This document shows positions 45,942-58,271 of a stretch of DNA of 64,000 nucleotides, piece after piece; within the stretch, counting starts at the first letter, position 1, and every line of letters starts with the position of its first letter. This stretch comes from Bacteroidota bacterium (GTDB taxonomy: Bacteria > Bacteroidota > Ignavibacteria > SZUA-365). The stretch is from positions 5,198-69,197 of the forward strand of contig JACZJN010000095.1 of the NCBI GenBank assembly GCA_014860565.1, given 5' to 3'. Both the position numbers and the translations under genes were made by a program. Under the pieces are notes generated by a model. It searched no databases. It saw only the letters and a list, made by a program, of their open reading frames with translations, and was not told where the DNA came from.

Positions 45942-48900
45942 ATGCGAGGTCTGTTCCTCTGTATTGTTGGGCCTTTGCTCCTTTTTTCGAGCGTGCACGC
46001 GGCACCGGACAGTCTGGCGGTGCGGCGCTATACCATCGAAAACGGGCTGCATACCAACAATATCCGCATGCTGCTGGAGGATGATCGCGGATACATCTGG
46101 CTTGGAACAGAAGAGGGATTGCTCCGCTTTGACGGCTATGATTTCAAACTGATGGGTTCCGCTGTCGATGGTGCTCCCGAACTGCAGGATCAGCGCGTGA
46201 TGAGCATGTATCAGGACCGCTCCGGGGCGATCTGGATAGCAACGGCGCTTCGCATGTACCGTTACACGCATCGCGGCAACCGCTTCGTCTCCTTCCCGCT
46301 GAATGAGAAAACACCGGGAGGAATCCCGGGCGCAAGCGTACTCGGCATGATGGAGACGCAGGATGGTGTGGTCCTGGTTGTCACGGAATTCGGCCTCAGC
46401 GCATACCTGACAAAGGATCAGCGATTTCTCCATTATCCGTTTGAGGGCAGCTGGGAAGTGGGCATACTCACCGAATTCAGTTTCGCTGAAATCGGGCAGG
46501 AAATCTGGATGGTCGCCGCCGGCAATCTCGCACGGCTGGACCGGCAGACAAACACCTTGCGGCTTGTCACGTGTTCGGAAATCGATCCTCCGCTGCATCG
46601 GCCCGACCATTTCCGCATGGTGACCGCGGAAACGGATTCCACTCTGTTGATCGTCATCCAAGACGCGCTCTACCGCTACAACCTCACGACAAAAACCACG
46701 ACGCGGCTTACCGCATTCGATCAGGATTGCTTTTCCACCGCCGTGCGTGGAAACACTCTTTGGATGGGCCTGCTCGACGGCAGTCTCGTGCGTTTCGAGA
46801 AGGTCACCGGGAAGGCCGAGTTCATTTCGATTCCCGCACGTTTGACAACGGTGTCGCACGGGCGCAGTCGTACGGTCTCCCCGGGAAACACGTATCAGCA
46901 GCAAACGATGTTCATCGACAAGGGAGGAAGAATCTGGTTCCACCTTGGCGACCTTGGACTCATCATATATCATCCTGAGAGCTCGCTGGTAGAGAATCTC
47001 ACCACCGAAGAACTTGGCTATCCCGCGATTGGGTCGATGATCGAGGACAGAAGCGGATGCATCTGGTTCGCTTCGCCTGGGAAGGACCTTATCCGCATCG
47101 AACGGAATATCGCACGCTTCAAATCCTGCCAACCGAATCTCGATCAGGTGAAATTCCCCATGACGAGCAATAACGTTCGGGGCTTCCTGCATTGGCAGGG
47201 AGATTCGTATCTGGTCGCATCGCTTTCCGGCCTGTTCCTTTTCGATGCCTCGACAGGCAGGATTCAATCGGCATCCTTCCTTCCCCCCGCGCTGGCAGAT
47301 CTGCAATCAGTCCCCATTTGGTGTCTGAAGCGCGATGCGGAGGGGCGCCTCTGGATCGGTACGGGTGAAATGGGTCTCCTCATTCTCGACCCGCGCAGCG
47401 GCCGTTTCTTCCAGATCAGCAGCGTTCCACCATCGGTCGGACACATCAGCGACAGACGAGTGCGCTGCATTGAAATTGACAACGGGAAAGGCGCCTGGGT
47501 AGGCACGTGGGAAGGACTCGACTTCATTGATACAAGGAAGCTCGACTTCAGCGATACCTCATCAGTTACGATGAAGCATTACAAAAATGATCCACGTGAT
47601 CAGAACAGCCTCAGCAACAATCTTGTTTTTGACATTCACCTCGATGGAATGGGACAGCTCTGGATCGCAACGGAAAACGGCCTGAATCTGTTTCGTCCGA
47701 ATGAAGGGAAATTCACACGCTTCGTACACAGCAACAGGAATCCCGTCAGCATCCGCTCGAATAACATCCGGAGCATTTTCGAAGACAGCAAGGGCGTACT
47801 GTGGTTCGGAACACACGGTGGCGGGCTCAACCGGTTTGACCGCGACACCCGCGGCTTCAAAACCATCGATGCGTCAGACGGCCTCCCCTCCAACATCATC
47901 TATTCAATTCTGAATGGGGATGCCGGGGAACTCTGGCTCGGAACGCATAACGGTCTGTGCCGCTATGATCCGGAGACCGGGAGCACACGGAAATTTGGGC
48001 GCCGCGATGGTCTCGTGCATCGAGAATTCAACACCATCGCCTGTCTGCGCGCGGCAGACGGTCGGCTGTTCTTCGGCAGTCCCGCCGGCTTCAACTATTT
48101 CTATCCTGACGATATCCGTGACCTCCTCCCCCCTCCTCTCGTCACGATCACCGGTCTTCTCGTCCGGAATACGGGCTTCCATTTCTCCGAGAAACCGATC
48201 GTTCTCAATCATGACGAGAACTTTCTCTCCTTCGAATTTTCCGCGATGAGCAACTTCGCCAACCAATCCAACCGCTACCGCTACAAACTCGAAGGGGTGG
48301 ACGAGGATTGGGTGGAGAGCGGCGGACGGCGCTTTGCATCGTATACGGAATTACATCCGGGGAAGTATGTTTTCCGCGTCATCGCAAGCAACAGCGAAGG
48401 GCTCTGGAACACCACCGGCGCAACGCTCGCTTTCGAGATCCGCCCCTCGTGGTGGAGCAGCTCATGGGCGATCGCGGGCTATATCTTTTCCCTGATAGTA
48501 TTTATCGTGGTTGCAACCCGGGTGCAAAAACACAGGGTCCTTTCGAGAGAACGGCTGCGGACGTCTATACGCGAGACCGAATTACGGGCGCAGACCACGG
48601 AGGCCGAAAACAAGGCACTGCTCGCCGAAAACAGACGACGGCAAATCGAATTGGAGAAATCCGAGGAAATTCGCAACACCTATGGCGAGCTGGAGGCCGC
48701 GCACGAGGATCTCAAACTCGCACAGAAGCAGCTCGCCACCGTCATCGCCGGTGCGCCGATCGTCCTTTTCGCACTTGACCGCGATGGGATTTTCACGTTA
48801 TCGGATGGTGCGGGACTCAAGCAGCTCGGACTCGTTCCAGGTCAGACGGTCGGTCGATCCGTTTTCGATGTCTACCGCGACAATCCCCCCGTAATCGAGT

Positions 48901-51140
48901 CCATGCAGCGAGCTTTGAAAGGCGAGGAATTCGTAACGGTCAACTCAGTCGCCGGCTTGGTATTCGAGACACGCACTTCTGCCTTGAGAGACGGCAACGG
49001 GGAGTTGATCGGGATGATCGGCGTTGCCACCGACATCACGGAGCACACGCGCATGGAGGACCAGCTGCGCGCTTCACAGGACAAGCTCGCCGGCATTCTT
49101 GCACTTGCCTCGGACGCATTTATCTCCATCGACAGTGAGGAAAACATTACGCTTTTCAACCAGCAGGCGGAAAAAATATTCGGCTATACGCAGCAGGAAA
49201 TCCTTGGCCAGCCGCTCGGCGTCCTTCTTCCAGCGCGTTTCACTCCGCTGCTCGATGCACGTATGAGGGAGCTCGCTGATTCACCTGTCGCGACTAGGAA
49301 AATCGCCGAAGCAGGCAAGGGATTCGGCCAGCGCAAGGATGGGAGCGAATTTCCCATCGAGGCCTCAATGTCGCGCCTGCAGCTGGGCGACGAAATCATT
49401 TATACGGTCATGCTTCGTGATGTCTCGGAGCAACTGCAGACACAGCAGGAACTCGAAAAGCTTTCAAGCGCGGTCGAGCAGAGTCCCGCGATCGTCATCA
49501 TCACCAATACCGACGGCATAGTGGAATATGTGAATCCGACGTTCACGACGGTTACCGGCTACGAACCTGGTGAGATCTTGGGACAGAATCCCAGGATTCT
49601 GAAGTCGGGAGATATGTCAGCCGAGGCATACAGACAACTCTGGGGAACTCTGAAATCAGGGGCGCAATGGCGTGGAGAACTTCATAACCGGAAAAAGGAC
49701 GGCAGCACATATTGGGTTTCTGTCTCCATTTCTCCGCTGAAAAATCAGGATGGCGACACGACGCATTTCATCGGAATCCAGGAAGATATTACGGAGCGCA
49801 AGCGCACGGAAGAAGTGCTGGCACGGCGAACCGCCGAATTGGAAACGATCGATCGCATCGTTCAGGTGGTCAACAGCGAACTGGAATTCGAGAAAGTCGT
49901 CCATACGCTGCTCGAGCAGGGCATGCGCCTGCTTCCACAGGCCGACAAATCCGTCGCCTTCATGTTCGACCCGAAGCGCGGCCAGTTCCTTCACATCGAT
50001 ACAATCGGATATGATTTCAACGGCACGACATTAAGCTTCAGCAGGGAGGAATTAACCGCACGCTATATCATGTCGACGGAGCGTCTGGAAAACGGCGTCT
50101 ATATCCTTCATCACCGAAACGATCTTGTCGGCGAAGCAAAACTCGGTGATATCCCGCGAGCGAGATCAATGCTGATCATGGCTCTCACGTTCAGTTCTTC
50201 AAGGCAGACCGACGACGGGTACCTGGTATTCGACAGCATGACACTCGACGACGCCTTCGGTCCGGCGGATGCACACAAGCTCACGCGCTTCCGCCAGCAT
50301 GCCATTTCAGCGCTTGCGAAGGCAAGCACGCTGCAGACGCTGAAACAAAAAAATGAAGAAATCCTCCGCACGCAGGAACAGCTGGTGGTTCAGGAGAAGC
50401 TCGCGTCGCTCGGACGTCTGACCGCGGGAATCGCGCACGAGATCCAAAATCCATTGAACTTCGTGAACAATTTTGCCGAGGTGTCCGAGGAACTGATGGC
50501 GGATCTGCTGGAAGCGATCGAGGATCCGGAAGAGCGCGAGATCGTGCTTCGGGAACTTCAGCGCAGCATCAGAAAGGTGCATGAGCACGGCAAACGCGCA
50601 CAGGGCATTGTCGGCAGCATGATGATGCATGCACGCTCTTCGTCTGACGACCGCGAATGGACCGACGTCAACCTCCTGCTTCGGCACGCCGTGACGCTCG
50701 CGGAACATAGCGCACGTTCGAATCGGTCCGTTTGCAACCCGGAAATCATTGTCACCCTCGAGGACGAGATTCCGAAGTTGAATATCGTCCCGCAGGAATT
50801 GAGCCGCGTGTTTTTGAACCTCCTCGAGAACGCGCTGGACGCCGTCTGCGAAAAGTCGCAATCGATATGGACGGATACGTTCAGTCCTCAGATTCTCGTC
50901 AGCTCCCGGCAGGTCGATGAAACACTGGAATTTCGTATCCGGGACAACGGCGCCGGTATCCCCGAGCCGGTACGCGCCCACATTTTCGAGCCCTTCTTCA
51001 CGACGAAACCCCCGGGGAGAGGAACGGGGCTCGGCCTCTCCATCAGCTACGATATTATCCGGCAGAACTACAGCGGAACGCTTCTGGTGGAATCCGAAGA
51101 AAACGTGTTCACTGAATTCATTATTTCACTGCCGATCTGA
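45942..51140 (+). CDS. giant sensor histidine kinase (1732 aa): periplasmic beta-propeller/Y_Y_Y, TM, coiled-coil, multiple PAS, GAF, HisKA, HATPase_c
   Basis: repeated two-component-regulator-propeller motifs; PAS motifs; H-box [15 protein letters not shown]; G-boxes DNGAGIP, GTGLGLS; no receiver domain. Confidence 0.8.
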   Translation: MRGLFLCIVGPLLLFSSVHAAPDSLAVRRYTIENGLHTNNIRMLLEDDRGYIWLGTEEGLLRFDGYDFKLMGSAVDGAPELQDQRVMSMYQDRSGAIWIATALRMYRYTHRGNRFVSFPLNEKTPGGIPGASVLGMMETQDGVVLVVTEFGLSAYLTKDQRFLHYPFEGSWEVGILTEFSFAEIGQEIWMVAAGNLARLDRQTNTLRLVTCSEIDPPLHRPDHFRMVTAETDSTLLIVIQDALYRYNLTTKTTTRLTAFDQDCFSTAVRGNTLWMGLLDGSLVRFEKVTGKAEFISIPARLTTVSHGRSRTVSPGNTYQQQTMFIDKGGRIWFHLGDLGLIIYHPESSLVENLTTEELGYPAIGSMIEDRSGCIWFASPGKDLIRIERNIARFKSCQPNLDQVKFPMTSNNVRGFLHWQGDSYLVASLSGLFLFDASTGRIQSASFLPPALADLQSVPIWCLKRDAEGRLWIGTGEMGLLILDPRSGRFFQISSVPPSVGHISDRRVRCIEIDNGKGAWVGTWEGLDFIDTRKLDFSDTSSVTMKHYKNDPRDQNSLSNNLVFDIHLDGMGQLWIATENGLNLFRPNEGKFTRFVHSNRNPVSIRSNNIRSIFEDSKGVLWFGTHGGGLNRFDRDTRGFKTIDASDGLPSNIIYSILNGDAGELWLGTHNGLCRYDPETGSTRKFGRRDGLVHREFNTIACLRAADGRLFFGSPAGFNYFYPDDIRDLLPPPLVTITGLLVRNTGFHFSEKPIVLNHDENFLSFEFSAMSNFANQSNRYRYKLEGVDEDWVESGGRRFASYTELHPGKYVFRVIASNSEGLWNTTGATLAFEIRPSWWSSSWAIAGYIFSLIVFIVVATRVQKHRVLSRERLRTSIRETELRAQTTEAENKALLAENRRRQIELEKSEEIRNTYGELEAAHEDLKLAQKQLATVIAGAPIVLFALDRDGIFTLSDGAGLKQLGLVPGQTVGRSVFDVYRDNPPVIESMQRALKGEEFVTVNSVAGLVFETRTSALRDGNGELIGMIGVATDITEHTRMEDQLRASQDKLAGILALASDAFISIDSEENITLFNQQAEKIFGYTQQEILGQPLGVLLPARFTPLLDARMRELADSPVATRKIAEAGKGFGQRKDGSEFPIEASMSRLQLGDEIIYTVMLRDVSEQLQTQQELEKLSSAVEQSPAIVIITNTDGIVEYVNPTFTTVTGYEPGEILGQNPRILKSGDMSAEAYRQLWGTLKSGAQWRGELHNRKKDGSTYWVSVSISPLKNQDGDTTHFIGIQEDITERKRTEEVLARRTAELETIDRIVQVVNSELEFEKVVHTLLEQGMRLLPQADKSVAFMFDPKRGQFLHIDTIGYDFNGTTLSFSREELTARYIMSTERLENGVYILHHRNDLVGEAKLGDIPRARSMLIMALTFSSSRQTDDGYLVFDSMTLDDAFGPADAHKLTRFRQHAISALAKASTLQTLKQKNEEILRTQEQLVVQEKLASLGRLTAGIAHEIQNPLNFVNNFAEVSEELMADLLEAIEDPEEREIVLRELQRSIRKVHEHGKRAQGIVGSMMMHARSSSDDREWTDVNLLLRHAVTLAEHSARSNRSVCNPEIIVTLEDEIPKLNIVPQELSRVFLNLLENALDAVCEKSQSIWTDTFSPQILVSSRQVDETLEFRIRDNGAGIPEPVRAHIFEPFFTTKPPGRGTGLGLSISYDIIRQNYSGTLLVESEENVFTEFIISLPI

Positions 51141-51203
51141 CCCGTCAGGTGGGCAGGTGCTGCCGCGCCGCGCTGCCAATGCGCGAGCATCATCGGTGCG
51201 GCT

Positions 51204-52505
51204 GTGAACTCAGAAGGGATTTCTTTCGTTCAGACACATACGCACGTGCTCAGCGCGTTCACTCGGATGGTCACGTACGAGCATGATGTTCATTTCCCGA
51301 GCAAACGCAACGAAAGGAATAGAGTTTTGATCCTCCCCATCATCGCAGTTTTCCTCCTCGTCGGAGGAGCCCTCTACGTCACTACCGCCCCGCAGTTCGG
51401 CGCAGCGCCCGACGAGGCGTCGCAGGAAATATTTGCATCGTCGCCGCAATTCCGCAACGGACGATTCGAGAACCGCGGCAATGTCTCCGTTGATTTGAAG
51501 GGCGGCTCCATGTTCAAAACCCTGATGGAATTCATCACGTCTGCCGACACGAAACCCGCGCAGCCGCTGCCGGTCGCCGCCGAGGCACAACAGGCCCCGC
51601 ACGCGATCCCCGATACAGCGGTACGTGTCACCTGGTTCGGGCACTCGGCGATCTTTCTCGAGTTGGAAGGCAAGCGCATTCTCATAGACCCGATGCTCGG
51701 TCCTGCCGCCTCTCCATTGCCCATTTTCGGCAAGCGTTTCGCGTTGAAGGATCGCATCGATATGAGCCGCTTTTCCCGTATCGATGCGGTCATCATTTCA
51801 CATGATCATTACGACCATCTCGACTATCGCAGCATACGAAAGCTGAAGAAACACGTACGGCACTTCTATGTCCCACTCGGCGTCGGATCGCATCTACGCC
51901 GCTGGGGCGTTCCCGCGGAACGCATCACCGAACTCGACTGGTGGGAGTCCGCCTCGTTTGACGGAATAGAATTGACCGCTACCCCTGCCCAGCACTTCTC
52001 GGGACGCGGGCTCAGCGACCGAAACAGCACGCTCTGGGCCTCATGGGTGATCCGCGGAAATCATGGCAATATATTTTTCAGCGGGGATGGCGGGTATGGT
52101 CCGCATTTCAAGGAGATCGGGGAGCGCTTCGGACCCTTCGACCTCACCATGATGGAATGCGGTCAGTACAATGAGAAATGGGCAAAGATTCATTCCATGC
52201 CCGAAGAGAGCGTGCAGGCACATATCGATCTCCGCGGGGAGATCATGATGCCCATCCACTGGGGCGCCTTTCAGCTCGCGGTGCACCCGTGGACGGAACC
52301 CGCCGAACGCGCAATCGCGGCGGCGGAGGAACGACAGGTTGCGATCATGACTCCCCTGATCGGCCAGCCAGTGCTCCTCGGAAGCGAATTCCCGAAGCGC
52401 CGCTGGTGGGAAAAAGGCACTGCCGCGTCTGCGTCCACCAACACAACTGGCACTGATCTCGCGATGATGCACACTCGATTGAAAACGGCCGGTTCAGAAA
52501 AGTAA
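51204..52505 (+). CDS. MBL-fold metallo-hydrolase (NAPE-PLD-like)
   Basis: HxHxDH motif (SHDHYDH), N-terminal TM; start uncertain (alternative at 51267). Confidence 0.65.
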   Translation: MNSEGISFVQTHTHVLSAFTRMVTYEHDVHFPSKRNERNRVLILPIIAVFLLVGGALYVTTAPQFGAAPDEASQEIFASSPQFRNGRFENRGNVSVDLKGGSMFKTLMEFITSADTKPAQPLPVAAEAQQAPHAIPDTAVRVTWFGHSAIFLELEGKRILIDPMLGPAASPLPIFGKRFALKDRIDMSRFSRIDAVIISHDHYDHLDYRSIRKLKKHVRHFYVPLGVGSHLRRWGVPAERITELDWWESASFDGIELTATPAQHFSGRGLSDRNSTLWASWVIRGNHGNIFFSGDGGYGPHFKEIGERFGPFDLTMMECGQYNEKWAKIHSMPEESVQAHIDLRGEIMMPIHWGAFQLAVHPWTEPAERAIAAAEERQVAIMTPLIGQPVLLGSEFPKRRWWEKGTAASASTNTTGTDLAMMHTRLKTAGSEK

Positions 52506-52546
52506 ACCGGCCGGAACAAGCTCGATCCATCACGCAGGTTGCTGGA

Positions 52547-53068
52547 CTACATACCCCATAAATCTCCAGTGTCGACGGGCTGCCCTTGAAGCTTCAGGTA
52601 GTAAAAGAGCTGCCCCTTATGCTGTTTGAGATGGTCCACCATCTGCAGCATGCGAATGCCGAGCGGGAAATCCATTGGATCCCACGGGGCCTTTGCAATC
52701 TGTGTCGCAAGCTGCTCCTCACTCACCGATTCGAGCATCTCAATCGCGACTGCTTTGTCTTCCGCGAGCAGTCGCGTCGCCTCATCGACGCTTTCAACGG
52801 CCGGCAGCTTTTCCGCCGGGGGCAGCATGTCTTCGGGCGCCATCGCACTCATGTCCATCCCTTCGGGCATCCCCCAATCGCCTGTCACAAATCCCTTGAT
52901 GCTTGAACCGCACGCATTGGTAATATGCATGAGCAATTGCCGTGTGGACATCCAGTTGCTCCCCGAAGCGGGCTTCCAATCCAGCATCGACGGATCGACC
53001 CGGCTGATCAGTTTCTCCGCCACGCCATAGTTGTACTCGATGGCGCCACGAATCATTTCCTTGTACAT
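52547..53068 (-). CDS. DinB/YfiT-like family protein
   Basis: ~170 aa four-helix-bundle family with conserved His (MHITNA..., VDHLKQHKGQL). Confidence 0.6.
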   Translation of the reverse strand: MYKEMIRGAIEYNYGVAEKLISRVDPSMLDWKPASGSNWMSTRQLLMHITNACGSSIKGFVTGDWGMPEGMDMSAMAPEDMLPPAEKLPAVESVDEATRLLAEDKAVAIEMLESVSEEQLATQIAKAPWDPMDFPLGIRMLQMVDHLKQHKGQLFYYLKLQGQPVDTGDLWGM

Positions 53069-53286
53069 AGCGACTCCTATTATAAATCATACTGGAAACG
53101 GATAATCTTATAATATACCGACGAGCTTTCTTCTTCGGCAATACCATTTTCCGGTGCCTCGTGCGTCGAGCTCGATCCGGCTATGAAGTTCCAGGGAAAA
53201 GGGATATCTTCACCTTGCATCCTCATCAAGAAACAACATAGAAGACCCCGGGGCTCAATGTCATCGGAACACAAAGCGGGATACCG

Positions 53287-55242
53287 ATGAATACGTCTGC
53301 GTTTTTTCGCGTAGGACTCTGCATATGCCTTCTGGTGTATGCGGGTTCACTATGCGCCGGCAGTTCGCGGACATCTGGAAGAAGCAATGCACCCGATTCC
53401 GGGAAGGGACCGAGCAGACAGTCCGTCATCGATACGACGCGTATCAACAAGCTGATCGATGTCGGCTGGAATATCCGACATAACGATCCGGAACTGGCAC
53501 GGACCGTTTCGGAGGAGGCGCTGGAACTTGCTACACAGATTTCCTTCGACGACGGGATCGCATGGGCACTCCGCAATCTTGCGGTCGTCGATTACATACA
53601 GGGCAATCTCGTCCGGGCGTTGGATAACTCGATGAAATCGCGTCGGATCTTCCAGCGTCTCGAAAATGCGGATGGACTCGCATCCAGCGCGATCAATATC
53701 GGGCTCGTATACTGGAAACTGGGTGAGAGCCAGAAGGCGATCAAGGAATTCTCCGATGCCGTCGCTCTCGAACCGGGCGCGCAGCAGACAATGATCGCGA
53801 ACGGGAATCTCGGACTCCTGTACTCTGAAATCGGACAATACGATCGCGGGCGCGTGTACACCAATCTCTCGCTCAGGAAGGCGATCGCGCTGGGCGACCG
53901 CTTCAACGAATCCGTGCAGCTCAATAACCTCGGTTGGATAGAGGAACTGCAGGGCAATCCCCGCGAGGCCCTCCGTTATTACCTGAAATGCCTCGAGATC
54001 AGGGAGGGACTCGGGGACAAGCGGCGGCTCGCGAGTTGCTGTGCATCCATAGGCTCGGTGCTCAAGGATCTTGGCAGATACGACGAGTCACTGCAGTACT
54101 TCCAGCGGGCGATGGCGCTGAACAGGGCCCTCGGCGAAAAGATCCAGATACAGGAAACATATCAGGATATTGCAAGGATGTACGAGGCGAAAGGCGATTT
54201 CCGCAACGCCTATCAAAACTATATCCTTTATGCCGGCATGAAAGACAGTGTCATGAATGAACTCAAGGCACGGGAAATTGTGAAGATGGAGGCCTCGTAT
54301 CTGATGGAAAAAACCCAGCAGGAACTGCAGGCACTTCGCGACTCCAATCGCATGCAGCAGATTCTGGTTTTGACCATTTCTTCGGGACTCCTTCTGGTTC
54401 TGATCCTCACCGTGGTTCTTTTCCGCGCCTACAGAAGCAAATCACAGATCAACGACGAACTGCGTGCAACACAGCAGATGTTGATCACGCAGGAAAAACT
54501 TGCGTCTCTCGGACAATTGACGGCCGGCATCGCGCATGAAATGCAGAACCCGATGAATTTCATCAATAATTTCGCACAGCTGAGCATGGAATGGATCGAC
54601 GATCTCGAGAACAGCGACAACGATCCGGAAGAACGACTTTCCGTGACCCCCGAGCTGCGGCAGAATATTGAGAAAATCATCCATCATGGGAAACGGGTCG
54701 ACGGCATCATCCGAAGCATGATGATGCACGCACGTACGTCGACCGAAGGCAGGCAGGCAGCGGACATCAATGCACTGCTCCTGGATGCCACGCAGTTGGC
54801 CTCGCATGGCAGTCGCTCGCTTGGCCGGACGTGCATGCCGCAGATTGAGACGGAGATCGACACTTCCCTTCCCACCGTCAGGGTTGTCCCGCAGGATATC
54901 AGCCGGGTGTTTCTCAATATCCTCAACAATGCCATCGACTCCGTGTGTGAGCGAGCGGAAAAAGAAAACCCGGCGGAGTTTACTCCGACGGTTCACGCAA
55001 GGACTACGACGTCAGGAAGAAGCGTTGTCATCCGCATCCGTGACAACGGAAAAGGGATTCCGGTCGCGGCGCGGGATAAAATCTTCGAACCATTTTTTAC
55101 TACGAAGTCACCCGGCCATGGGACAGGGCTCGGACTCTCCATCAGCTACGACATCATTGTCCAAAAGCACGGTGGCATGCTGGACTGTGATTCGCATATG
55201 AACGACTACACCGAGTTCACAATCACACTCCCTCTCGGTTAG
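53287..55242 (+). CDS. TPR-repeat sensor histidine kinase
   Basis: signal peptide, TPR-like periplasmic repeats, TM, H-box [15 protein letters not shown], HATPase_c; kinase core paralogous to the 1732-aa HK. Confidence 0.8.
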   Translation: MNTSAFFRVGLCICLLVYAGSLCAGSSRTSGRSNAPDSGKGPSRQSVIDTTRINKLIDVGWNIRHNDPELARTVSEEALELATQISFDDGIAWALRNLAVVDYIQGNLVRALDNSMKSRRIFQRLENADGLASSAINIGLVYWKLGESQKAIKEFSDAVALEPGAQQTMIANGNLGLLYSEIGQYDRGRVYTNLSLRKAIALGDRFNESVQLNNLGWIEELQGNPREALRYYLKCLEIREGLGDKRRLASCCASIGSVLKDLGRYDESLQYFQRAMALNRALGEKIQIQETYQDIARMYEAKGDFRNAYQNYILYAGMKDSVMNELKAREIVKMEASYLMEKTQQELQALRDSNRMQQILVLTISSGLLLVLILTVVLFRAYRSKSQINDELRATQQMLITQEKLASLGQLTAGIAHEMQNPMNFINNFAQLSMEWIDDLENSDNDPEERLSVTPELRQNIEKIIHHGKRVDGIIRSMMMHARTSTEGRQAADINALLLDATQLASHGSRSLGRTCMPQIETEIDTSLPTVRVVPQDISRVFLNILNNAIDSVCERAEKENPAEFTPTVHARTTTSGRSVVIRIRDNGKGIPVAARDKIFEPFFTTKSPGHGTGLGLSISYDIIVQKHGGMLDCDSHMNDYTEFTITLPLG

Positions 55243-55260
55243 CGTCGCCCCCCCTTTCCC

Positions 55261-55824
55261 TCATGAGAGACGGAACGTGAGAATGACCGTTCCAAAGTCT
55301 CCGGTTTCATCACGGAGCGGACTGATGACGCGAGTCAAACCATTCTCGATCGTATCGACGATCGGTGTTTCGACGCTGCCGATCGTTCGGCGCAAGTTTT
55401 CATCCACCGACTCTCCAACCATATCACTGGCTGCGGCTGCAATGATTACCCCGGAAGTATTCACGACGAGATAATCATTCACGGTGGTGCGTCGGGCGAG
55501 CACCTGGCATGCATTCTTCAATTGTTTCTCATCTCCGCTTCTCACAGCCTGAAGCACGGCAAGACTGAAGGCCTCGCCGGCAGCTCTCCCGAGCTGCGCG
55601 GTCCGATCTGCGATTCGTTGTTCGGTGGAATCTCGCAGCGCCTGCAGTGCGTCTTCCTGTTCGCTCTCGAGCACGCTGACCGCAATCAACTTCCACACAA
55701 GAAGGGCGATGCCGATCAGTGCGAGCAGCCGAATCGTGTAGCCCGGGATGCGGGTGCGAAACCGGCGTGGCTGTCCCTCCCCTGCGGTTTCGACCGAGTC
55801 GGGATTTTTTCTGAGCATGTTCAT
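55261..55824 (-). CDS. hypothetical membrane protein (sensor-domain-like)
   Basis: single TM then an ~130-aa extracytoplasmic domain; no output domain. Confidence 0.35.
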   Translation of the reverse strand: MNMLRKNPDSVETAGEGQPRRFRTRIPGYTIRLLALIGIALLVWKLIAVSVLESEQEDALQALRDSTEQRIADRTAQLGRAAGEAFSLAVLQAVRSGDEKQLKNACQVLARRTTVNDYLVVNTSGVIIAAAASDMVGESVDENLRRTIGSVETPIVDTIENGLTRVISPLRDETGDFGTVILTFRLS

Positions 55825-56071
55825 GGGAACCTCCTGGTCTCTAACATAGGAATAGACCGACCCAATGTAAAGGGAATTACATCCTCCGTACGTCCTCACC
55901 CGTCAGTTATCGGAAAGATCAGCGAGCCTGACTGATTCATACCGAGGTTCCTTACAGAAATGTAATGCAGGGTTAAGTCTCCTGTAGGGAAGCATACCGT
56001 AGATTGCACCTCGTACATCACCCGATTTCCATCGGCAACGGCCCGTGAGGTCGAAAAAGACAGGTTCAGCA

Positions 56072-56794
56072 ATGGTCCATTTTCAGAGGCTCAAGAACAG
56101 ATGGAGAATAGCCGCGTTCGCGGTGTTGTTCTGCACTGCGGTTCCGGCTCAGGCGCAGCCAGTATTGGCGCGTCTGCTGTTCCCAGCCCTGGGAATGCAG
56201 GAAATGTTCCGTTCGAGCGATATCCCATTCCACACGGAGCTGAGCAAGCTCCGGGCGAATCGCATCGGTCCGGATGTCCTTCTCGAGTGGATTACACTCA
56301 GTGAAGTGGGCAATCGGGGTTTCGAAGTGCAGCGCGCCTCCTCAGACAGCCGCGGATGGAAGCAGGCGGGATTTATTCCCGGAGGCGGCGACGGCAGTTT
56401 CGCACGCACCTACAGTTTCCGTGATCGCAGGGTTCCTCCCGAAGACCTGCGCTACATGCTGCGCATTATCGGCGATGACGGGATGATCCAGTACTCACAG
56501 ATTATCAGTGTCCCGGTGTCGGGAACGTTGCGCGCGTTTGTTGTCCGCACCGAGGAAGACGATCCACGCACTGCGCCGAATGTAACGGTGGATCTGTTGA
56601 ACGACGACGTGATTTCACTGCAGCTCACGGACCATCGCGGCAATATTATCGAGAACATCGTTTCGAAGCGAGAGATTTCAAGCGGAAAACATGAATTCGC
56701 TGTCGACTGCTCCCGGCTTCCAAGCGGACAATATGAATTCCTGCTCTTCACCAGCGAAGGGCGTTATAATCGGGCTTACGATCACCGGCGTTAA
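56072..56794 (+). CDS. secreted hypothetical protein with a probable T9SS C-terminal domain
   Basis: signal peptide; C-terminus ...SGKHEFAVDCSRLPSGQYEFLLFTSEG...; paralogous to the next gene. Confidence 0.5.
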   Translation: MVHFQRLKNRWRIAAFAVLFCTAVPAQAQPVLARLLFPALGMQEMFRSSDIPFHTELSKLRANRIGPDVLLEWITLSEVGNRGFEVQRASSDSRGWKQAGFIPGGGDGSFARTYSFRDRRVPPEDLRYMLRIIGDDGMIQYSQIISVPVSGTLRAFVVRTEEDDPRTAPNVTVDLLNDDVISLQLTDHRGNIIENIVSKREISSGKHEFAVDCSRLPSGQYEFLLFTSEGRYNRAYDHRR

Positions 56795-56871
56795 GAAACG
56801 CTTTCCGGAATCCCGGCCCTCGAGAAATGATAACGACGAGATGAAGTACCCTTGGCGAAAGAGGTGATCCG

Positions 56872-57603
56872 ATGAAAAAAGAATATGCAACGATGGTACT
56901 GGCAGCGCTTCTGCTGCTGCTCATGGGTTCATCTGTCGTGGCCCAGATCAGTGGTCCACGATTCCGGGCCGATGATGACAGGTATGTTCGTTCGACATTC
57001 GCGCGCAGTGCGAATGATGCCGCTGCGATGAACGTCCTCCCCGCGGAATGGACTGGGCTCGCAGGCGTGCGTTCTGCCGACGGAACGCTGCTCCGCTGGT
57101 CTACTTCGAGTGAACACAGCAGCGCCTGGTTCAAGATCGAATGCCGCAAAGAGGGTGATAATCCATGGCAAGTGGTGGACATCCTCCCTGCCGCTGGTGA
57201 AAGCAGCACGCCACGGTTCTATTCGTGGGTCCATGCGAATCCACCACCCGGAACGGTTGAGTACCGCCTCCGTCAAATCGACACGTACGGCAAGGAAAGC
57301 TCCACGGGGGAATTACGCGTCGAAACCGTATCCGCAAAGCGCTTCTCGCTCAGCCCCTGCTACCCGAATCCCGCAAACGGCGAAACGCTTGTGGCCCTTA
57401 ACACTGGCATGGAGGTGGTCGGTTCGCTTGTCATCGTGGACCTGATCGGACGGATTCGACAGATCGTTTTTCAAAATCAGGAATTGCTGCAGGGCTCCTA
57501 CCGATTCCGCATCGGTACGGCGACCCTGCCTCCCGGAAAATATCTGCTTCGGCTTACGACCTCGGAAGGCGTCTCGACCCAGCGGCTGATCATCGCCCGC
57601 TGA
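56872..57603 (+). CDS. secreted protein with a T9SS C-terminal sorting domain
   Basis: signal peptide; C-terminus ...CYPNPANGET...GSYRFRIGTATLPPGKYLLRLTTSEGVSTQRLIIAR. Confidence 0.65.
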   Translation: MKKEYATMVLAALLLLLMGSSVVAQISGPRFRADDDRYVRSTFARSANDAAAMNVLPAEWTGLAGVRSADGTLLRWSTSSEHSSAWFKIECRKEGDNPWQVVDILPAAGESSTPRFYSWVHANPPPGTVEYRLRQIDTYGKESSTGELRVETVSAKRFSLSPCYPNPANGETLVALNTGMEVVGSLVIVDLIGRIRQIVFQNQELLQGSYRFRIGTATLPPGKYLLRLTTSEGVSTQRLIIAR

Positions 57604-57740
57604 TCGACGGACAGTTTTTTCATCAGTATCATCGCGGCAGCAGGGAATTCTGCCACCACCCTCCTCTGATCGCCGCCTCCTGGAACAAAGAGGCGGCGCC
57701 TCTCTGTTAGAGAGTATTACGGACATCAGGTATCCCTTTT

Positions 57741-58271
57741 ATGCGATTTCTTCTGCATACTCTCACTCTCGTGCTGCTGCCTGCCGCACTCAGCGCGCAA
57801 TTTCTTCCTCCCTCAAGTTCGATTTTCGAGAGAGATGGAGTTGTAATCCCGGTATACGAAAACTTCGACGCTCTGGCCCCGCTTTTCGACCAGCGCAGCG
57901 ACACGACGGTCATTATCAATTTCTGGGCGACGTGGTGTGCACCCTGCGTGGAGGAATTGCCGTATTTTGAGGAACTGACGCGTGATCATGGTACAAGGAA
58001 GATCCGCGTTATTCTCGTCAGCCTTGATTTCCGTAAACAGCTCACCAACCGGCTCCTCCCTTTCCTCCAGAAGCGGCAGATGCAGTCAACGGTGGTCGTG
58101 CTCGTCGATCCCGATGCGAATGGGTGGATCGACCGCGTTGATTCTTCATGGAGCGGTGCTATTCCCGCGACGCTCATCTTCAATGCGACAAGACGTGAAT
58201 TCCGCGAGCAGACCTTTTCGAGAGAAGAACTTCAATCACTGGTCAATTCATTTACAGGAATACAAGAATGA
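57741..58271 (+). CDS. TlpA-like thiol-disulfide oxidoreductase (thioredoxin fold)
   Basis: signal peptide; WCAPC active site. Confidence 0.7.
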   Translation: MRFLLHTLTLVLLPAALSAQFLPPSSSIFERDGVVIPVYENFDALAPLFDQRSDTTVIINFWATWCAPCVEELPYFEELTRDHGTRKIRVILVSLDFRKQLTNRLLPFLQKRQMQSTVVVLVDPDANGWIDRVDSSWSGAIPATLIFNATRREFREQTFSREELQSLVNSFTGIQE

